From positions 3,539 to 67,538 of the forward strand of contig QCUJ01000005.1 of assembly GCA_003210795.1 (NCBI GenBank): 64,000 nt of DNA. Reading direction: 5' to 3'. The notes under the pieces were generated by a model. That model saw nothing but the letters and a program-made list of their open reading frames with translations, was not told the origin of the DNA and ran no database searches. The stretch comes from Synechococcus sp. AG-679-B05. Its GTDB lineage: Bacteria; Cyanobacteriota; Cyanobacteriia; PCC-6307; Cyanobiaceae. Each line of letters opens with the position of its first letter. The stretch's first letter is position 1. Of the stretch, positions 22,201 to 32,369 are shown in pieces. The position numbers were made by a program, and so were the translations under genes.

Positions 22201-22974
22201 TCAGGGCCACCGTATCCATTCTCTGCATTCATCTCCGCGCTGGACCCGCAGACCGCCTGCGGATGTGAGCCCATCGATGTGCCAGGTTCCACCTCCGGCA
22301 GGATCACGGACCCGGTCAGCCCAGAGCCTTTTCTGCACCTGGGCGATCAGGTTCTCAGGATCCTTGAGCTTGTTGGGGCAGGCCTCCAGAGCAAGCAGGA
22401 CTTCGGCTGTCCACAGCTCCGGCGTGGCCGCCGGCAGAAACTCGCGCACGGCAGCAGCCCCAACGGGAACCGCGTTGCAGACATTCAGGCCGACACCACA
22501 GCGCAACAGACGCAGGTGGTTGCCGCGCTGAACCAAACCAGGAAGCAGACCAGCCAACTTGCGCCCGCTCGCCAGGAGATCATTCGGCCATTTGATCTGC
22601 ACAGAAACTCCTGCATGCTCCAAACGCTCCGCCAGCGAGAGAGCAAGCGCCAGGCCCAGCAGACCGGCACCGGTGTTGTTGGGATTGGGACCATCTGAGA
22701 CGACCGGAAGGGCAGCACTCAGCCAGACACCACCTTTCGGAGCCCGCCAGACCCGACCCCGCTGCCCAACACCCCATCGCTGCTGACGCGCTGCCACCAC
22801 CCGCGGACGCAACATCAGCGGAGACTGAAGCAGCCATTGCTTCAACAGAATCTCCGTGCTGCTGCAGACCGGGACCCAGCGAAAATCCCAAGAACCGGCA
22901 TTGATTGGCGACAACTGGCGGTGAAGCGCCAGCACCGGAGCTCCACCACGACAGGGACGTCCGGAATCGATCAT
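22201..22974 (-). CDS. birA: Biotin--[acetyl-CoA-carboxylase] ligase
   Basis: QRWGVGQRGRVW, IKWPNDL, KLAGLL, GVGLN. Confidence 0.9.
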   Translation of the reverse strand: MIDSGRPCRGGAPVLALHRQLSPINAGSWDFRWVPVCSSTEILLKQWLLQSPLMLRPRVVAARQQRWGVGQRGRVWRAPKGGVWLSAALPVVSDGPNPNNTGAGLLGLALALSLAERLEHAGVSVQIKWPNDLLASGRKLAGLLPGLVQRGNHLRLLRCGVGLNVCNAVPVGAAAVREFLPAATPELWTAEVLLALEACPNKLKDPENLIAQVQKRLWADRVRDPAGGGTWHIDGLTSAGGLRVQRGDECREWIRWP

Positions 22975-24149
22975 CGAAGGGCATCCAGCAGACGATGGGC
23001 GGCCTGCTCCAACTCATCGACCGGACGGACGAGAGCCATGCGCAGCCAATCCCGGCCGGCTGGACCGAATCCTGATCCTGGTGTGAGGGCGACCCCACTG
23101 CTCTGCAAAATCCTGGTAGCCAGGGTTTCATCGTTCAACCCCTGCTGCCGCAACCGCTCAGGCAACGGCAACCAAAGGTAAAGAGCCATCTCGGGTGTTG
23201 GGATGGACCATCCATCACTGCGAAGAACAGAGAGCACCCGATCTCGACGCTCGCGATAGACGGGGTGAAGCGTCCTGGGCCAGGCAGCACAGTGGCGCAA
23301 GGCATGAATGGCTCCCTGCTGGAGCGCCAGGGACTGGTTGAAGTCGACCACAGACTTGACCTGACGAAGGGCCTGAATCAGCGGCTCGGCACCCACGGCA
23401 AAAGCCAGGCGGAAACCACCCAGGCACCACCCCTTGGACAGGGAGAAAAATTCAATGCCCCAGTCGCTCCAACCAGGGCTGCGCAGCAGCACCGGGGCCT
23501 CTCTCTCCAGAGAAAGGTCAACGTAGGGATTGTCATGGGCAATCACTAGCCCGTGCCGGACGCCGCGATCCATCACCGAATCGAGCAGCTCCTGGGACCC
23601 CACCCGGGCCGTCGGGTTATGGGGATAGCCGAAAACGAAAAGCTTCAGCTGATCCCAGGTTCCAGACGAGAGTGCCTCGAAATCCGGCTGCCAATTCCGG
23701 TCAGACCGCAACGGAAGGCTGAGCAGCGAGGCGCCGGCCAGATGGAGTCCACCGGTGTGGGAGGGGTAGCAGGGGTCGAGATGCAGAGCGGGATCCCCCG
23801 GATCCAGCACCGCCAGGGGCAGGTGGGCCGTTCCCTCCTGGGATCCCACAAGCAATTGCACATGCCGATCTGGATCCACTGAAACGCCAAAGCGTTGCCG
23901 ACACCAATCGGCGACGGCGCGTCTGAAGGGTGCTGTGCCGGCCTCAAGGCAGTAAGCGGAACTGGACGGTTCATCGATGGCGACAGCCATAGATTTGAGA
24001 ACCTCTGCGGGGGGTCGGAGATCCGAGGAGCCCAGTGAAAGGTCAATCAGCGGCTGATCGCCAGTTCCCTGCTGATAGGCCAGCTTGGAGCGATCGGTAC
24101 GGGAAAAAACCCCATTGCCCAGTGCCGCCAGACGCTTCGAAAGCCTCAT
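22971..24149 (-). CDS. PLP-dependent aminotransferase class I/II (LL-DAP aminotransferase-like)
   Basis: GSQEG, YPHNPT, HDNPY, SLSKGW..GFRL. Confidence 0.88.
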   Translation of the reverse strand: MRLSKRLAALGNGVFSRTDRSKLAYQQGTGDQPLIDLSLGSSDLRPPAEVLKSMAVAIDEPSSSAYCLEAGTAPFRRAVADWCRQRFGVSVDPDRHVQLLVGSQEGTAHLPLAVLDPGDPALHLDPCYPSHTGGLHLAGASLLSLPLRSDRNWQPDFEALSSGTWDQLKLFVFGYPHNPTARVGSQELLDSVMDRGVRHGLVIAHDNPYVDLSLEREAPVLLRSPGWSDWGIEFFSLSKGWCLGGFRLAFAVGAEPLIQALRQVKSVVDFNQSLALQQGAIHALRHCAAWPRTLHPVYRERRDRVLSVLRSDGWSIPTPEMALYLWLPLPERLRQQGLNDETLATRILQSSGVALTPGSGFGPAGRDWLRMALVRPVDELEQAAHRLLDALR

Positions 24150-24183
24150 TCGCTCTGGGAAGGACGTCAACCGATACCCACCA

Positions 24184-24960
24184 TCAGAGCTTGTCGATGG
24201 AACGCTTCAGTTCCTCCAGATCCGCATCGACCTCTTCCACTTTGACCGGCTGAACATCGGCAACCTTTCCCTCTCCAGGGGGAAGCGCAACCGCTTCTGG
24301 ACCTGCCGCGAGCTGGTTGCGCAGAGCCGCCAGTTCATCGTCGACATCATTCCCACTCTCAAGAGCAGCAAACTGACTTTCGAGATCGGAACCGGCCAGT
24401 TCGGCCGCGGCCTGGCCAGTGGCTTCCATTGCCTCGACCTTTTCTTCCATTCTTTCGAAGGCCGCCATGGCCGAATCCGTCCCGATGCTGCCGACGGCGC
24501 TTTGAAGCTGTTGCTGGGCCTGCGCTGCCTGGGCACGGGCCTTGAGCATGTCTTTTTTCGTCTTGGCCTCAGCGATCTTGCCTTCCAGGGCCACAAGACT
24601 CTTTTTCAGGGACTCCACCTGGCCGTTCTGAGACTGAACCTGACCCTGAAGGGAGGTGGCGGTCTCCTGAAACGTCTTGCGGCGACTCAGCGCTTCACGG
24701 GCGAGATCCTCCTCCCCCTTTTTCAAAGCGAGCTCGGCCCGCTCGTACCAGGTTTTAGCTTGAGTTTGCGCCTGATCAGCCTGACTGCGCAGGCGTTTCT
24801 GGCTTGCGATGGCCAGAGCGACCGCCTGGCGCAACTTGACCAGATCCGCCTGCATGTCGGCAACGGATTGATCCAGGATCTTGACGGGATCCTCCATGCT
24901 GCTGACCGCGGCATTGGCATTGGCCCGCACCAGACGGCCCAGACGATTGAAGAAACCCAT
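24184..24960 (-). CDS. vipp1: Vipp1/IM30 (PspA family)
   Basis: MGFFNRLGR..EDPVKIL, coiled coil, AFERMEEKV, C-terminal extra helix. Confidence 0.93.
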   Translation of the reverse strand: MGFFNRLGRLVRANANAAVSSMEDPVKILDQSVADMQADLVKLRQAVALAIASQKRLRSQADQAQTQAKTWYERAELALKKGEEDLAREALSRRKTFQETATSLQGQVQSQNGQVESLKKSLVALEGKIAEAKTKKDMLKARAQAAQAQQQLQSAVGSIGTDSAMAAFERMEEKVEAMEATGQAAAELAGSDLESQFAALESGNDVDDELAALRNQLAAGPEAVALPPGEGKVADVQPVKVEEVDADLEELKRSIDKL

Positions 24961-25027
24961 CCAGGAGTCCTGAAATCCAGTTGGAGATTAGCGAGACCTA
25001 CCGGAATCACCGCCTTAATCTCGGAAT

Positions 25028-25549
25028 ATGGCCATCGCACCGGACGGGCAACGGCGCCGTCTTCGCGGCGTCGAACTGCTACAACCTGCACCACCTCCCC
25101 CAGCCTCAGCGCTGAGTGCCTGCCTCGACCATCTGCGTCAGGCCTGGGATCGTGATGGCAACCTGGCCGGCCTGTGGCAGGACTGGCCAACCATCGCGGG
25201 CGAGCGGTTGTCACCCCATTGCCGTCCGTTATCCCTCGAACGCGGGATCCTGACGGTGGGTGCCCAACATCCGCAGTGGCGACAGGCCCTGCTGTACACA
25301 AAGCCACAGTTGCTGAGCGCACTGCGGCAGGCAGGTCATGCCGTACGCGATCTGCGCATTCAGCAGCATCACAGCCTTCAGGCCCGGGCAGACGTTCAGG
25401 AAGCGACCATCTGGGCGCGTCACCCCAGCCGTGCCGATGTGCATGGCATGGGACTTTGCCCTCGCTGTGGCCGCCCCGCACCCAACGGCGAAATGGACCT
25501 CTGGAGTTGCTGCGGCTTCTGCCATCGCAGCAGCTTCACCGAAACCTGA
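25028..25549 (+). CDS. DUF721/DciA-family protein with Zn ribbon
   Basis: WQDWPTIAG, WARHPSR, CPRC...CGFC. Confidence 0.8.
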   Translation: MAIAPDGQRRRLRGVELLQPAPPPPASALSACLDHLRQAWDRDGNLAGLWQDWPTIAGERLSPHCRPLSLERGILTVGAQHPQWRQALLYTKPQLLSALRQAGHAVRDLRIQQHHSLQARADVQEATIWARHPSRADVHGMGLCPRCGRPAPNGEMDLWSCCGFCHRSSFTET

Positions 25550-25550
25550 A

Positions 25551-27341
25551 TCAAAAGCGCTCCGGACGCGGCTCCAGCCAGTCGGCCCGAACTCCAGAAC
25601 GCTTCAGCTCCGCGGCACGCTGCTCAAGACTCAGCCGATCCACCCGCCAGACGTTGTAGATGCCGAAACGGCTGAGTTCCTCGTGCTGCAGGCCCCGCCA
25701 GTGAGGGCGTTGCGACGTCCGGGTATCAATCACCATGAGCACGGTGGATGAAGCCTTCGGTGATGACAGGGGGTGTCCCTGCCACCCGCGCCTTCGCTCA
25801 TGCGCCAGACGATCCGCCAGATTCACCAGAGCTCCTGAGGATCGGCCTTCGAACAGGACCACCTGTCGGGTTTGGAAATGAAGGGACGGTTTCATCCGAC
25901 CGACCATCGCCAGAGGTTCCAGTGGGAGCTGTTGCTCGAGCATGTTGGCGGCGGCCTGTCGGACCGGTTGCTGACGAAGCTGATCAGCCAGGCCTGCGAT
26001 GGGAAGCAGTGTTGTGACATGGAAAAGCAGCAACGGCAGCTGCAGTGCCAGCGCACGGGTGGCCGCTTCCCGCGTCCAAAGAAACACCGCAACGAGTGCA
26101 GCGACGGAGAACCAGAACGCTCCGCGCACCAAAAGGCCGCTCGCCAAGAGGTCATCTGCAAGCGAGGGCATCTCCGGATCACTGATCAGACGAACCCAGA
26201 ACTCAGAACCCCAGAAACCTGCAGCGTGCAGGCTCACCAAAACAACCGTGCCTGTCCAGGCCAGATTCAACCAACGGTCACGGCGATCGAGGGCAAAGCC
26301 GATCAACAACGCTGCCGCCGGTGTTGCAGGAAGCCAGTAGCTGGGCAACTTGGTGGCCGCGGTGGTGAACAGCAGCAACACCGCCAGCAACCACGAGCCT
26401 GCGAACTGATGCAGAGACTGCTCGGGAGGAAGGCGCCGCTCGCGTGGCAGGCGTGCCAGGCCGAGCAACAACAGAGGTGTGAGCGGCATGGCCGCCACCA
26501 ACATCACCGGCCCGAAATACCACCAGGGCTGCAGGTGGTCGTTCACAACGCTGGTGAAGCGTTGGAGGTTGTGATAACCGAAAAAGCTGTCCCAGAAGGG
26601 CTGACCCTCCACCAGCAGCTCAAGGGCATACCAGGGCAGGCTGACTCCAGCCGTGATCACCAGACCGGGCAGCGGCCTCAGGCGGCTCCAGGCCGTTGCG
26701 ATGTCGCGGCGCAGTCCAGAGAACAGGAGGAGCGTGAGGCCACTGAGCACCACGGCAACCGGTCCTTTTGCCAGAACGGCTAATCCCAGGACGACCCAGG
26801 CCTGCCACCAGCCCTGCCCAGCTGGATCCGCGAAACGCCGCCATTGCAGCAGCAGGCTGATGGCGAGCAGACCGCACAGCAGCGCATCACTGACAGCGGT
26901 TCTGCTCCAGATGATCACCAGGGGCGACAACCCAAAGGCCAACGCCGTGATGAGCGCTGAGGCGGCAGGGCGTCGACAGGTCGACTGCGGCCATCTCAAC
27001 AGGGTGTCGGCCAGGCCGAGCATCACTGCAATGCTGGCCAGAGCCGATGGCAAGCGAGCCGCCCAGCTGCCCAGGGGATCCCAAACGGCCTGGCCAGGAA
27101 GGCTGTAGCCAATAGCCATCAGCCAATACACGAGAGGGGGTTTGTCGTATCGGGGCAGGCCATTGACTCGGGGGGTGAGCCAATCCCCGGTGCCTGCCAT
27201 GGCTCTCCCTGCCGCCGCAAACAGCGGTGGGGTCTCATCGACTAACCCGGTCGTGCCGAGCTGCCACAAGGCGATCATGACCCCGCAGCAGAACACGACA
27301 GCCAGAACCCAGAGCCGCTGCCGCTTCACCATCTCCCCCAC
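25551..27341 (-). CDS. ArnT-like glycosyltransferase (GT-C, family 39/83)
   Basis: DETPP, GDWLTP, DKPPLVYW, LAKGPV, TKLPSY. Confidence 0.9.
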   Translation of the reverse strand: MGEMVKRQRLWVLAVVFCCGVMIALWQLGTTGLVDETPPLFAAAGRAMAGTGDWLTPRVNGLPRYDKPPLVYWLMAIGYSLPGQAVWDPLGSWAARLPSALASIAVMLGLADTLLRWPQSTCRRPAASALITALAFGLSPLVIIWSRTAVSDALLCGLLAISLLLQWRRFADPAGQGWWQAWVVLGLAVLAKGPVAVVLSGLTLLLFSGLRRDIATAWSRLRPLPGLVITAGVSLPWYALELLVEGQPFWDSFFGYHNLQRFTSVVNDHLQPWWYFGPVMLVAAMPLTPLLLLGLARLPRERRLPPEQSLHQFAGSWLLAVLLLFTTAATKLPSYWLPATPAAALLIGFALDRRDRWLNLAWTGTVVLVSLHAAGFWGSEFWVRLISDPEMPSLADDLLASGLLVRGAFWFSVAALVAVFLWTREAATRALALQLPLLLFHVTTLLPIAGLADQLRQQPVRQAAANMLEQQLPLEPLAMVGRMKPSLHFQTRQVVLFEGRSSGALVNLADRLAHERRRGWQGHPLSSPKASSTVLMVIDTRTSQRPHWRGLQHEELSRFGIYNVWRVDRLSLEQRAAELKRSGVRADWLEPRPERF

Positions 27342-27383
27342 CGCAGCACCGCCGGATGTGTTGGCGATACTGGCATCCCCGCT

Positions 27384-28475
27384 TCAGGGGAGTGGCATCA
27401 GCCCCTCTGAAATCCACGTTTCAACGCGCCGGGCGAACACGGCCTGATCAGCGTTCTGCTCCACCCATGCCCGGCAGGCGCTTCGGTCAATGACCATCAC
27501 ATCGCGCAACGCCTGCGTGAGAGCCGCCACATCATCTGGTTCCACCAGAAATCCTGTGGTGCCTGAGCAGATCAGCTCGCCCGGGCCACCGCGGTCATAG
27601 GCCACCACGGGAACACCACAGGCCAAGGCCTCAACAACCACATTGCCGTAGGCCTCATTCCATTTCGGTGTGTTGATCAGGGCTCGGCAACGACCCAGTT
27701 CAGCCTGCAAAGCTCTGGTCGGCAGAAACCCTCGCCAATCAAGGGTTCCGGGTGGCACGGAAGCCTCCACACTCAACGCATAGTCCTCGTCTTCACGCAG
27801 CCCCCAAACCAGAAGGCGTTCCCCCAGGGCAGCAGCGGCAGCGGCAGCATCTTCGAGACCTTTTTCCGGCGCAATGCGGCCAGCCCATCCCAAAGGCCCA
27901 GCCCCATCCAGGCACACCTCATAACCGGAAAGATCGAAACCGTTACCGACCACACGCGGAGCATTGGGCAGAGTGAAATCCGCTGCCTGACGGCTGGTGT
28001 GAAAGGCCAGCCGACGTTGGTCCCAACCCGCAAGAGCTTCCACCGCCTCTTCCATCACCGCGGCAACTGATCCCATCGAGATCAGATGAAACAGAGGGGG
28101 GCGCACATGCGGAGTGATCCATAAAGGAAGCCAGTCGTAGCCAAAGTTGAGAACCGCATCTGCACCATCGGCTTCCTGCAGTGCCCGGTTCCACATCGCC
28201 GGCATCAGGCCGTTGCGGGGAATCAGCATTGCCTCATCAGCATCGGCGTGCTGCCAACTGGGTTGATCGTTTCCCTCAGCGGTGATCAGCTGAACCGATT
28301 CGCATCCTCTGGGCAGCTGAGACCCTTGCGCCGCCACAAGGCGCAACCGATGACCACGTTCCGTCAGACCGCGCAAAAGGGAGCTGAGCGTCAGCTCAAC
28401 TCCACCGCCGCGGCCACTGCCGAGGGCACCGATGGGCGTGCTGACCAGCACCAGGTTCAACCGAGATGAGGTCAT
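27384..28475 (-). CDS. Glycosyltransferase family 4
   Basis: GGGVE, GRIAPEKG, EAYGNVVVEALACGVPVV. Confidence 0.9.
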   Translation of the reverse strand: MTSSRLNLVLVSTPIGALGSGRGGGVELTLSSLLRGLTERGHRLRLVAAQGSQLPRGCESVQLITAEGNDQPSWQHADADEAMLIPRNGLMPAMWNRALQEADGADAVLNFGYDWLPLWITPHVRPPLFHLISMGSVAAVMEEAVEALAGWDQRRLAFHTSRQAADFTLPNAPRVVGNGFDLSGYEVCLDGAGPLGWAGRIAPEKGLEDAAAAAAALGERLLVWGLREDEDYALSVEASVPPGTLDWRGFLPTRALQAELGRCRALINTPKWNEAYGNVVVEALACGVPVVAYDRGGPGELICSGTTGFLVEPDDVAALTQALRDVMVIDRSACRAWVEQNADQAVFARRVETWISEGLMPLP

Positions 28476-29413
28476 CCCAACGGCTGCTGAAGTGGCTGAG
28501 GCTCCCAAAGGCGTTTGCGCTGGCTCACGCAGATCACGGATAACAGAACCATCAACACCCCCACCCATTGGAGCCAATCCAGGCGTTCGCCGAGCAACCA
28601 TCCCCCGGTAGCCAGAGCGAAGACAGGCGTGAGGAAACCAAGACTGCTGAAGGATGTGAGATCTCTCCGGTTAGCGAACCAGAAGAACAATCCATAGGCC
28701 AGAGCGCTGCCGAAGAGGCTGGCGAAACCCATTCTTGCCCAGTCCAGGGCTGTCCATGCCGGTGCGATCCAGCCGCTCTGCCACTCGGCAATTAAAAGAA
28801 GGGGAGCCCCGCCCAGAAGCATGTGCCAGGCGGTGACCGCAACGGGATCGCTGTGACGAGAGGCATACCGAATCAGCACTGTGCCGACCGCCATGGCCAA
28901 AGCCGCCATCAACATCCAGCCCTCCCCTGGTTGAAGCAACTGGCGGATCTGGGGAGGATCAAGCAACAGCCACCAGTGGCCCAGGAGATCAGCCGGAACG
29001 CCTAGGCAGAGAATTCCGGCGAGCCCCAGAGCCAATCCAAGCCATCCCACAGGATTGATGGAATCAGCGAACAGGATTCGTGCCAGGAGGGCTACCAGCA
29101 GCGGCTGAGAGTCGATGAGCACTGAGCCGAGGCCAGCGCCTGTGCCTTCAAGTCCACGGGCGAGTAATGCCTGGAACAGACAGGCATCCACCAGCGTGAA
29201 CAGGAGGAACCAGCCCAGATCGCGGCCGTCAATGCGCCATGAACGGCCGGTCACTAGCGACCAGATGATCAACACCACCCCAGCTGGAAGCAACCGCAAC
29301 GCCGCCACCAGCCAGGACCCTCCACTGCTCAATAAAGGAGCCATGGCGGTCATGGCGGTTCCCCAGAGCACGAAGGGAAGAACCATCAGCAGCCAGAGGC
29401 GGAGCGGAGGCAT
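28472..29413 (-). CDS. DMT/EamA family transporter
   Basis: About 10 TM helices, LWGTAM, DSQPL, FLTPVFA. Confidence 0.88.
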   Translation of the reverse strand: MPPLRLWLLMVLPFVLWGTAMTAMAPLLSSGGSWLVAALRLLPAGVVLIIWSLVTGRSWRIDGRDLGWFLLFTLVDACLFQALLARGLEGTGAGLGSVLIDSQPLLVALLARILFADSINPVGWLGLALGLAGILCLGVPADLLGHWWLLLDPPQIRQLLQPGEGWMLMAALAMAVGTVLIRYASRHSDPVAVTAWHMLLGGAPLLLIAEWQSGWIAPAWTALDWARMGFASLFGSALAYGLFFWFANRRDLTSFSSLGFLTPVFALATGGWLLGERLDWLQWVGVLMVLLSVICVSQRKRLWEPQPLQQPLG

Positions 29414-29466
29414 GGCGGAAGGGGGAGACAGCCTTTTTAAGATCTAAGAGTTTGCAGTTGCGCAAG

Positions 29467-30279
29467 ATGATCTGGCCCTGGCGCCGCAAATCACGCCGGC
29501 GGATGGCACGGATCGTGGTGGAAGGCCCGATCAATGGCGGTACCCGTCAACGCGTGCTCAAGGCTCTGAAGGAGGTGGCGGAGCGGGAGTTCCCAGCGCT
29601 GCTGCTGCGGATCGACAGCCCTGGGGGCACCGTTGGCGACAGTCAGGAAATCCATGCCGCCCTGCTTCGTCTCCGTGAGAAGGGCTGTCGGGTTGTGGCC
29701 AGCTTCGGCAACATCTCGGCGTCCGGCGGTGTCTACATCGGAGTGGCTGCTGAATCAATTGTTGCCAATCCAGGAACGATCACAGGTTCCATCGGTGTGA
29801 TTCTTCGCGGTAACGACCTTTCGAAGGTTTTCGAAAAGATCGGCATTCGCTTCGACACCGTGAAAAGCGGTGCCTACAAAGACATCCTTTCTCCGGACCG
29901 GCCCCTCAGCAGTGACGAACGGGCTCTTCTGCAGGACCTGATCGACAGCAGCTACGGACAGTTCGTGAATGTTGTTGCAGAGGGTCGAAAGCTCAGTGAG
30001 GACATCGTGCGAACTTTTGCCGATGGCCGCGTTTTCAGTGGCGAACAGGCTCAGAAGCTTGGCTTGGTGGATGAACTGGGGGACGAGGATCACGCCCGTC
30101 GGCTGGCGGCACGACTGGCTGACCTCGATGAGGATGCCGTCCGGCCAGTCACGCTGGGGCGCCCCAAGAAAAAGTTGATGAGCCTCCTGCCAGGCAGCGC
30201 CCTAATGGAACAGCTGCAACAGCGCCTCAGCCTTGAGCTGATGGGCAGTGGCCAGCTGCTGTGGCTGTACCGCCCATGA
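29467..30279 (+). CDS. sppA: Signal peptide peptidase SppA (short form)
   Basis: RIDSPGG, SASGGVY, TGSIGV, ADGRVFSG. Confidence 0.93.
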   Translation: MIWPWRRKSRRRMARIVVEGPINGGTRQRVLKALKEVAEREFPALLLRIDSPGGTVGDSQEIHAALLRLREKGCRVVASFGNISASGGVYIGVAAESIVANPGTITGSIGVILRGNDLSKVFEKIGIRFDTVKSGAYKDILSPDRPLSSDERALLQDLIDSSYGQFVNVVAEGRKLSEDIVRTFADGRVFSGEQAQKLGLVDELGDEDHARRLAARLADLDEDAVRPVTLGRPKKKLMSLLPGSALMEQLQQRLSLELMGSGQLLWLYRP

Positions 30280-30656
30280 GTGCAGGTCTCCGCCTCGTCG
30301 GCATCCGGGGTGCCACCACCTGCTCGGCCAACACCTGCGAGGCCATTCGCTCCTCTGTACGTGAACTCATGGATGCCCTGGTCACTGGCAATGAACTCGA
30401 ACATGAGCGAATCATCTCGGTGACCTTCTCGGTTACCGCTGATCTCGATGCCTGCTTTCCCGCTGCAGAGGCCCGTCAACGCAACGGCTGGGATGGCATT
30501 GCCCTCCTGGATTGTCAGCAAATGGCCGTCCAGGGGGATCTACCGCGCTGCATTCGCGTGCTCGCCCATGCGTGGCTACCGGAAGGCTCGGTACCCCACC
30601 ATCCCTATCTGGGTGAAGCCTGCCGGCTGCGTCCAGACCGATCTGGTCATAACTGA
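30276..30656 (+). CDS. aroH: Chorismate mutase, AroH type
   Basis: GIRGATT, FSVTADL, FPA, CIRVL, LRPD. Confidence 0.92.
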   Translation: MSAGLRLVGIRGATTCSANTCEAIRSSVRELMDALVTGNELEHERIISVTFSVTADLDACFPAAEARQRNGWDGIALLDCQQMAVQGDLPRCIRVLAHAWLPEGSVPHHPYLGEACRLRPDRSGHN

Positions 30657-30732
30657 CAGCTACAGCGCCGGCCCAGAAGGAGCTACTCCAGCCCTGGAAC
30701 TCCGGAGAATCCCTTTAAAAGTGATCAGCAAC

Positions 30733-31302
30733 ATGTCTCCAGCAGCTGTTCTTCGCCGACTAGTCGGTGCCGCCGCGATCGCAGCAGTCGGTCTGGGTGG
30801 TGGCCTGTTGAACCCAGCATCTTCCCATGCTCAGGGCACTCCAGGATTGCTGGAATTCCGCTGGGACACGGACCGCGACTACCGCAAGCTGTACTACTAC
30901 CAGACCTCATCGAGCGAAAACGATCGCTCTGAGTGGTTCCTGCTCCTCCGCGCAAAAGATCGCAAGACAGCTTTCATCAAATTGACGGTGACCGTTCCGG
31001 ACTACTTCGACACCAAGCTCCGTCCCGAGCGCATCACCCTCTGCCGGACCAAAACCGGTGGAATGACAAGCCGGACCCGTTGCCTTGAAGAGGTGCCTGC
31101 AACCGTTGAGATCAATGATGACCAGACAGCCATTGAAGTCTTTCCCGATTCCCCTGTGTCCGTTGAGGGGGACTACGGCCTCAGAGTGAAATTGTTCAAT
31201 CCCCAGGGACAGCGCATGTATCAGCTCAATGCCTTGATGCAGGCCCCTGGAGATGTTCCCCTGTCGGCTTACGTCGGCAGCTGGTTGGTTGATGTGGACT
31301 GA
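30733..31302 (+). CDS. DUF2808 family secreted protein
   Basis: Signal peptide followed by GLLEFRWD; C-terminal YVGSW; typical position upstream of rpmH. Confidence 0.8.
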   Translation: MSPAAVLRRLVGAAAIAAVGLGGGLLNPASSHAQGTPGLLEFRWDTDRDYRKLYYYQTSSSENDRSEWFLLLRAKDRKTAFIKLTVTVPDYFDTKLRPERITLCRTKTGGMTSRTRCLEEVPATVEINDDQTAIEVFPDSPVSVEGDYGLRVKLFNPQGQRMYQLNALMQAPGDVPLSAYVGSWLVDVD

Positions 31303-31348
31303 CTGATAAATTTGTTAGTTCTGATCGGCCGGAAGCCACAAACCTCTT

Positions 31349-31486
31349 ATGACGAAGCGCACACTCGGAGGAACCAACCGCAAGCGCAGGCGCGTATCAG
31401 GTTTTCGTGTTCGCATGCGTTCCCACACCGGACGTCGGGTCATCCGTACGCGACGTAAGCGTGGGCGCTCACGGCTTGCCGCCTGA
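31349..31486 (+). CDS. rpmH: 50S ribosomal protein L34 (absent from ORF track)
   Basis: Manual translation [45 protein letters not shown]. Confidence 0.97.
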   Translation: MTKRTLGGTNRKRRRVSGFRVRMRSHTGRRVIRTRRKRGRSRLAA

Positions 31487-31523
31487 TTTCGAACACACGT
31501 CTTAGACGAAAGCACTTCGATTA

Positions 31524-31910
31524 ATGGCATTGCCGCCCTCGATGCGACTCCGGGGGCATCGATGCTTCAACAGATTGCACCGCATCGGAAGCCGCCACCA
31601 CGGTGTCTGGATGGTGCTCCGGGTGATGCAGGAGGAATCCCGGTACCTGCGTCCTGAACTGCGCCGACAACCACCCCAGACCTGTCGATGCGCCTTGGTG
31701 ATCAGCAACAAGGTGAGCAAGCGATCGGTCCGCAGAAACAAACTGCGGCGAATGTTCCACGAACACCTGCGCCAACGTTTGGAACATCGCCGTGATCTCT
31801 CCGAGCGTTGGGTGCTGATCAGCCTCCGTCCGGAGGCTTCTGCTGCCGAACCGTCGCAGTTGCTCGAAGAATGCGACAGTCTTCTCAGTTCAGCCGGGTT
31901 GGGGACATGA
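31524..31910 (+). CDS. rnpA: Ribonuclease P protein component
   Basis: MALPPSMRL, VISNKVSKRSVRRNKLRR; follows rpmH. Confidence 0.93.
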   Translation: MALPPSMRLRGHRCFNRLHRIGSRHHGVWMVLRVMQEESRYLRPELRRQPPQTCRCALVISNKVSKRSVRRNKLRRMFHEHLRQRLEHRRDLSERWVLISLRPEASAAEPSQLLEECDSLLSSAGLGT

Positions 31911-32314
31911 CAACTATCCAAGAGGACGTCCACTACGAGGGAGGTCCGGCCAAAGGTGATTTGATTTTCAATCTTCTCCTCGGCCTAACGCTGATCGGAA
32001 TTCCTTTCGCCATTGGCGCGGCTGTGCGGGCTCTCTGGCTGCGTTTCAAGATCACCAGCCGTCGAATTTCGGTGACCGGTGGCTGGAGGGGAAAAGACAA
32101 GACCCAGGTGGTCTATTCCCAGATCAAGGAAGTTCGCACCGTTCCCCGCGGCTTTGGAGCCTGGGGAGACATGGTGCTGGTGCTCACCGACGGTGCCCGC
32201 CTGGAGCTGCGATCGATGCCGCGCTTCCGCGAAATCGAGGCTTACATCACCGAACGAATTAATAAGCGGGCCAACTCACCTGCAGAAAAGCCGGTCGAAG
32301 GGTTCGCCGTCTGA
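31907..32314 (+). CDS. Bacterial PH-domain membrane protein
   Basis: [24 protein letters not shown]; lies between rnpA and yidC. Confidence 0.85.
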   Translation: MTTIQEDVHYEGGPAKGDLIFNLLLGLTLIGIPFAIGAAVRALWLRFKITSRRISVTGGWRGKDKTQVVYSQIKEVRTVPRGFGAWGDMVLVLTDGARLELRSMPRFREIEAYITERINKRANSPAEKPVEGFAV

Positions 32315-32369
32315 ACCCCTTGTTCGTGCACACTGGCTTCACAACGCCAACACCCCTGGGGTTCTCAAC

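Noticed and set aside
24085-25155. 356-aa plus-strand ORF (likewise 4571-5497, 25872-26783 and 39964-40794)
   Set aside because: Antisense shadows of vipp1, ctaA/ctaB, the ArnT-like gene and pnp.
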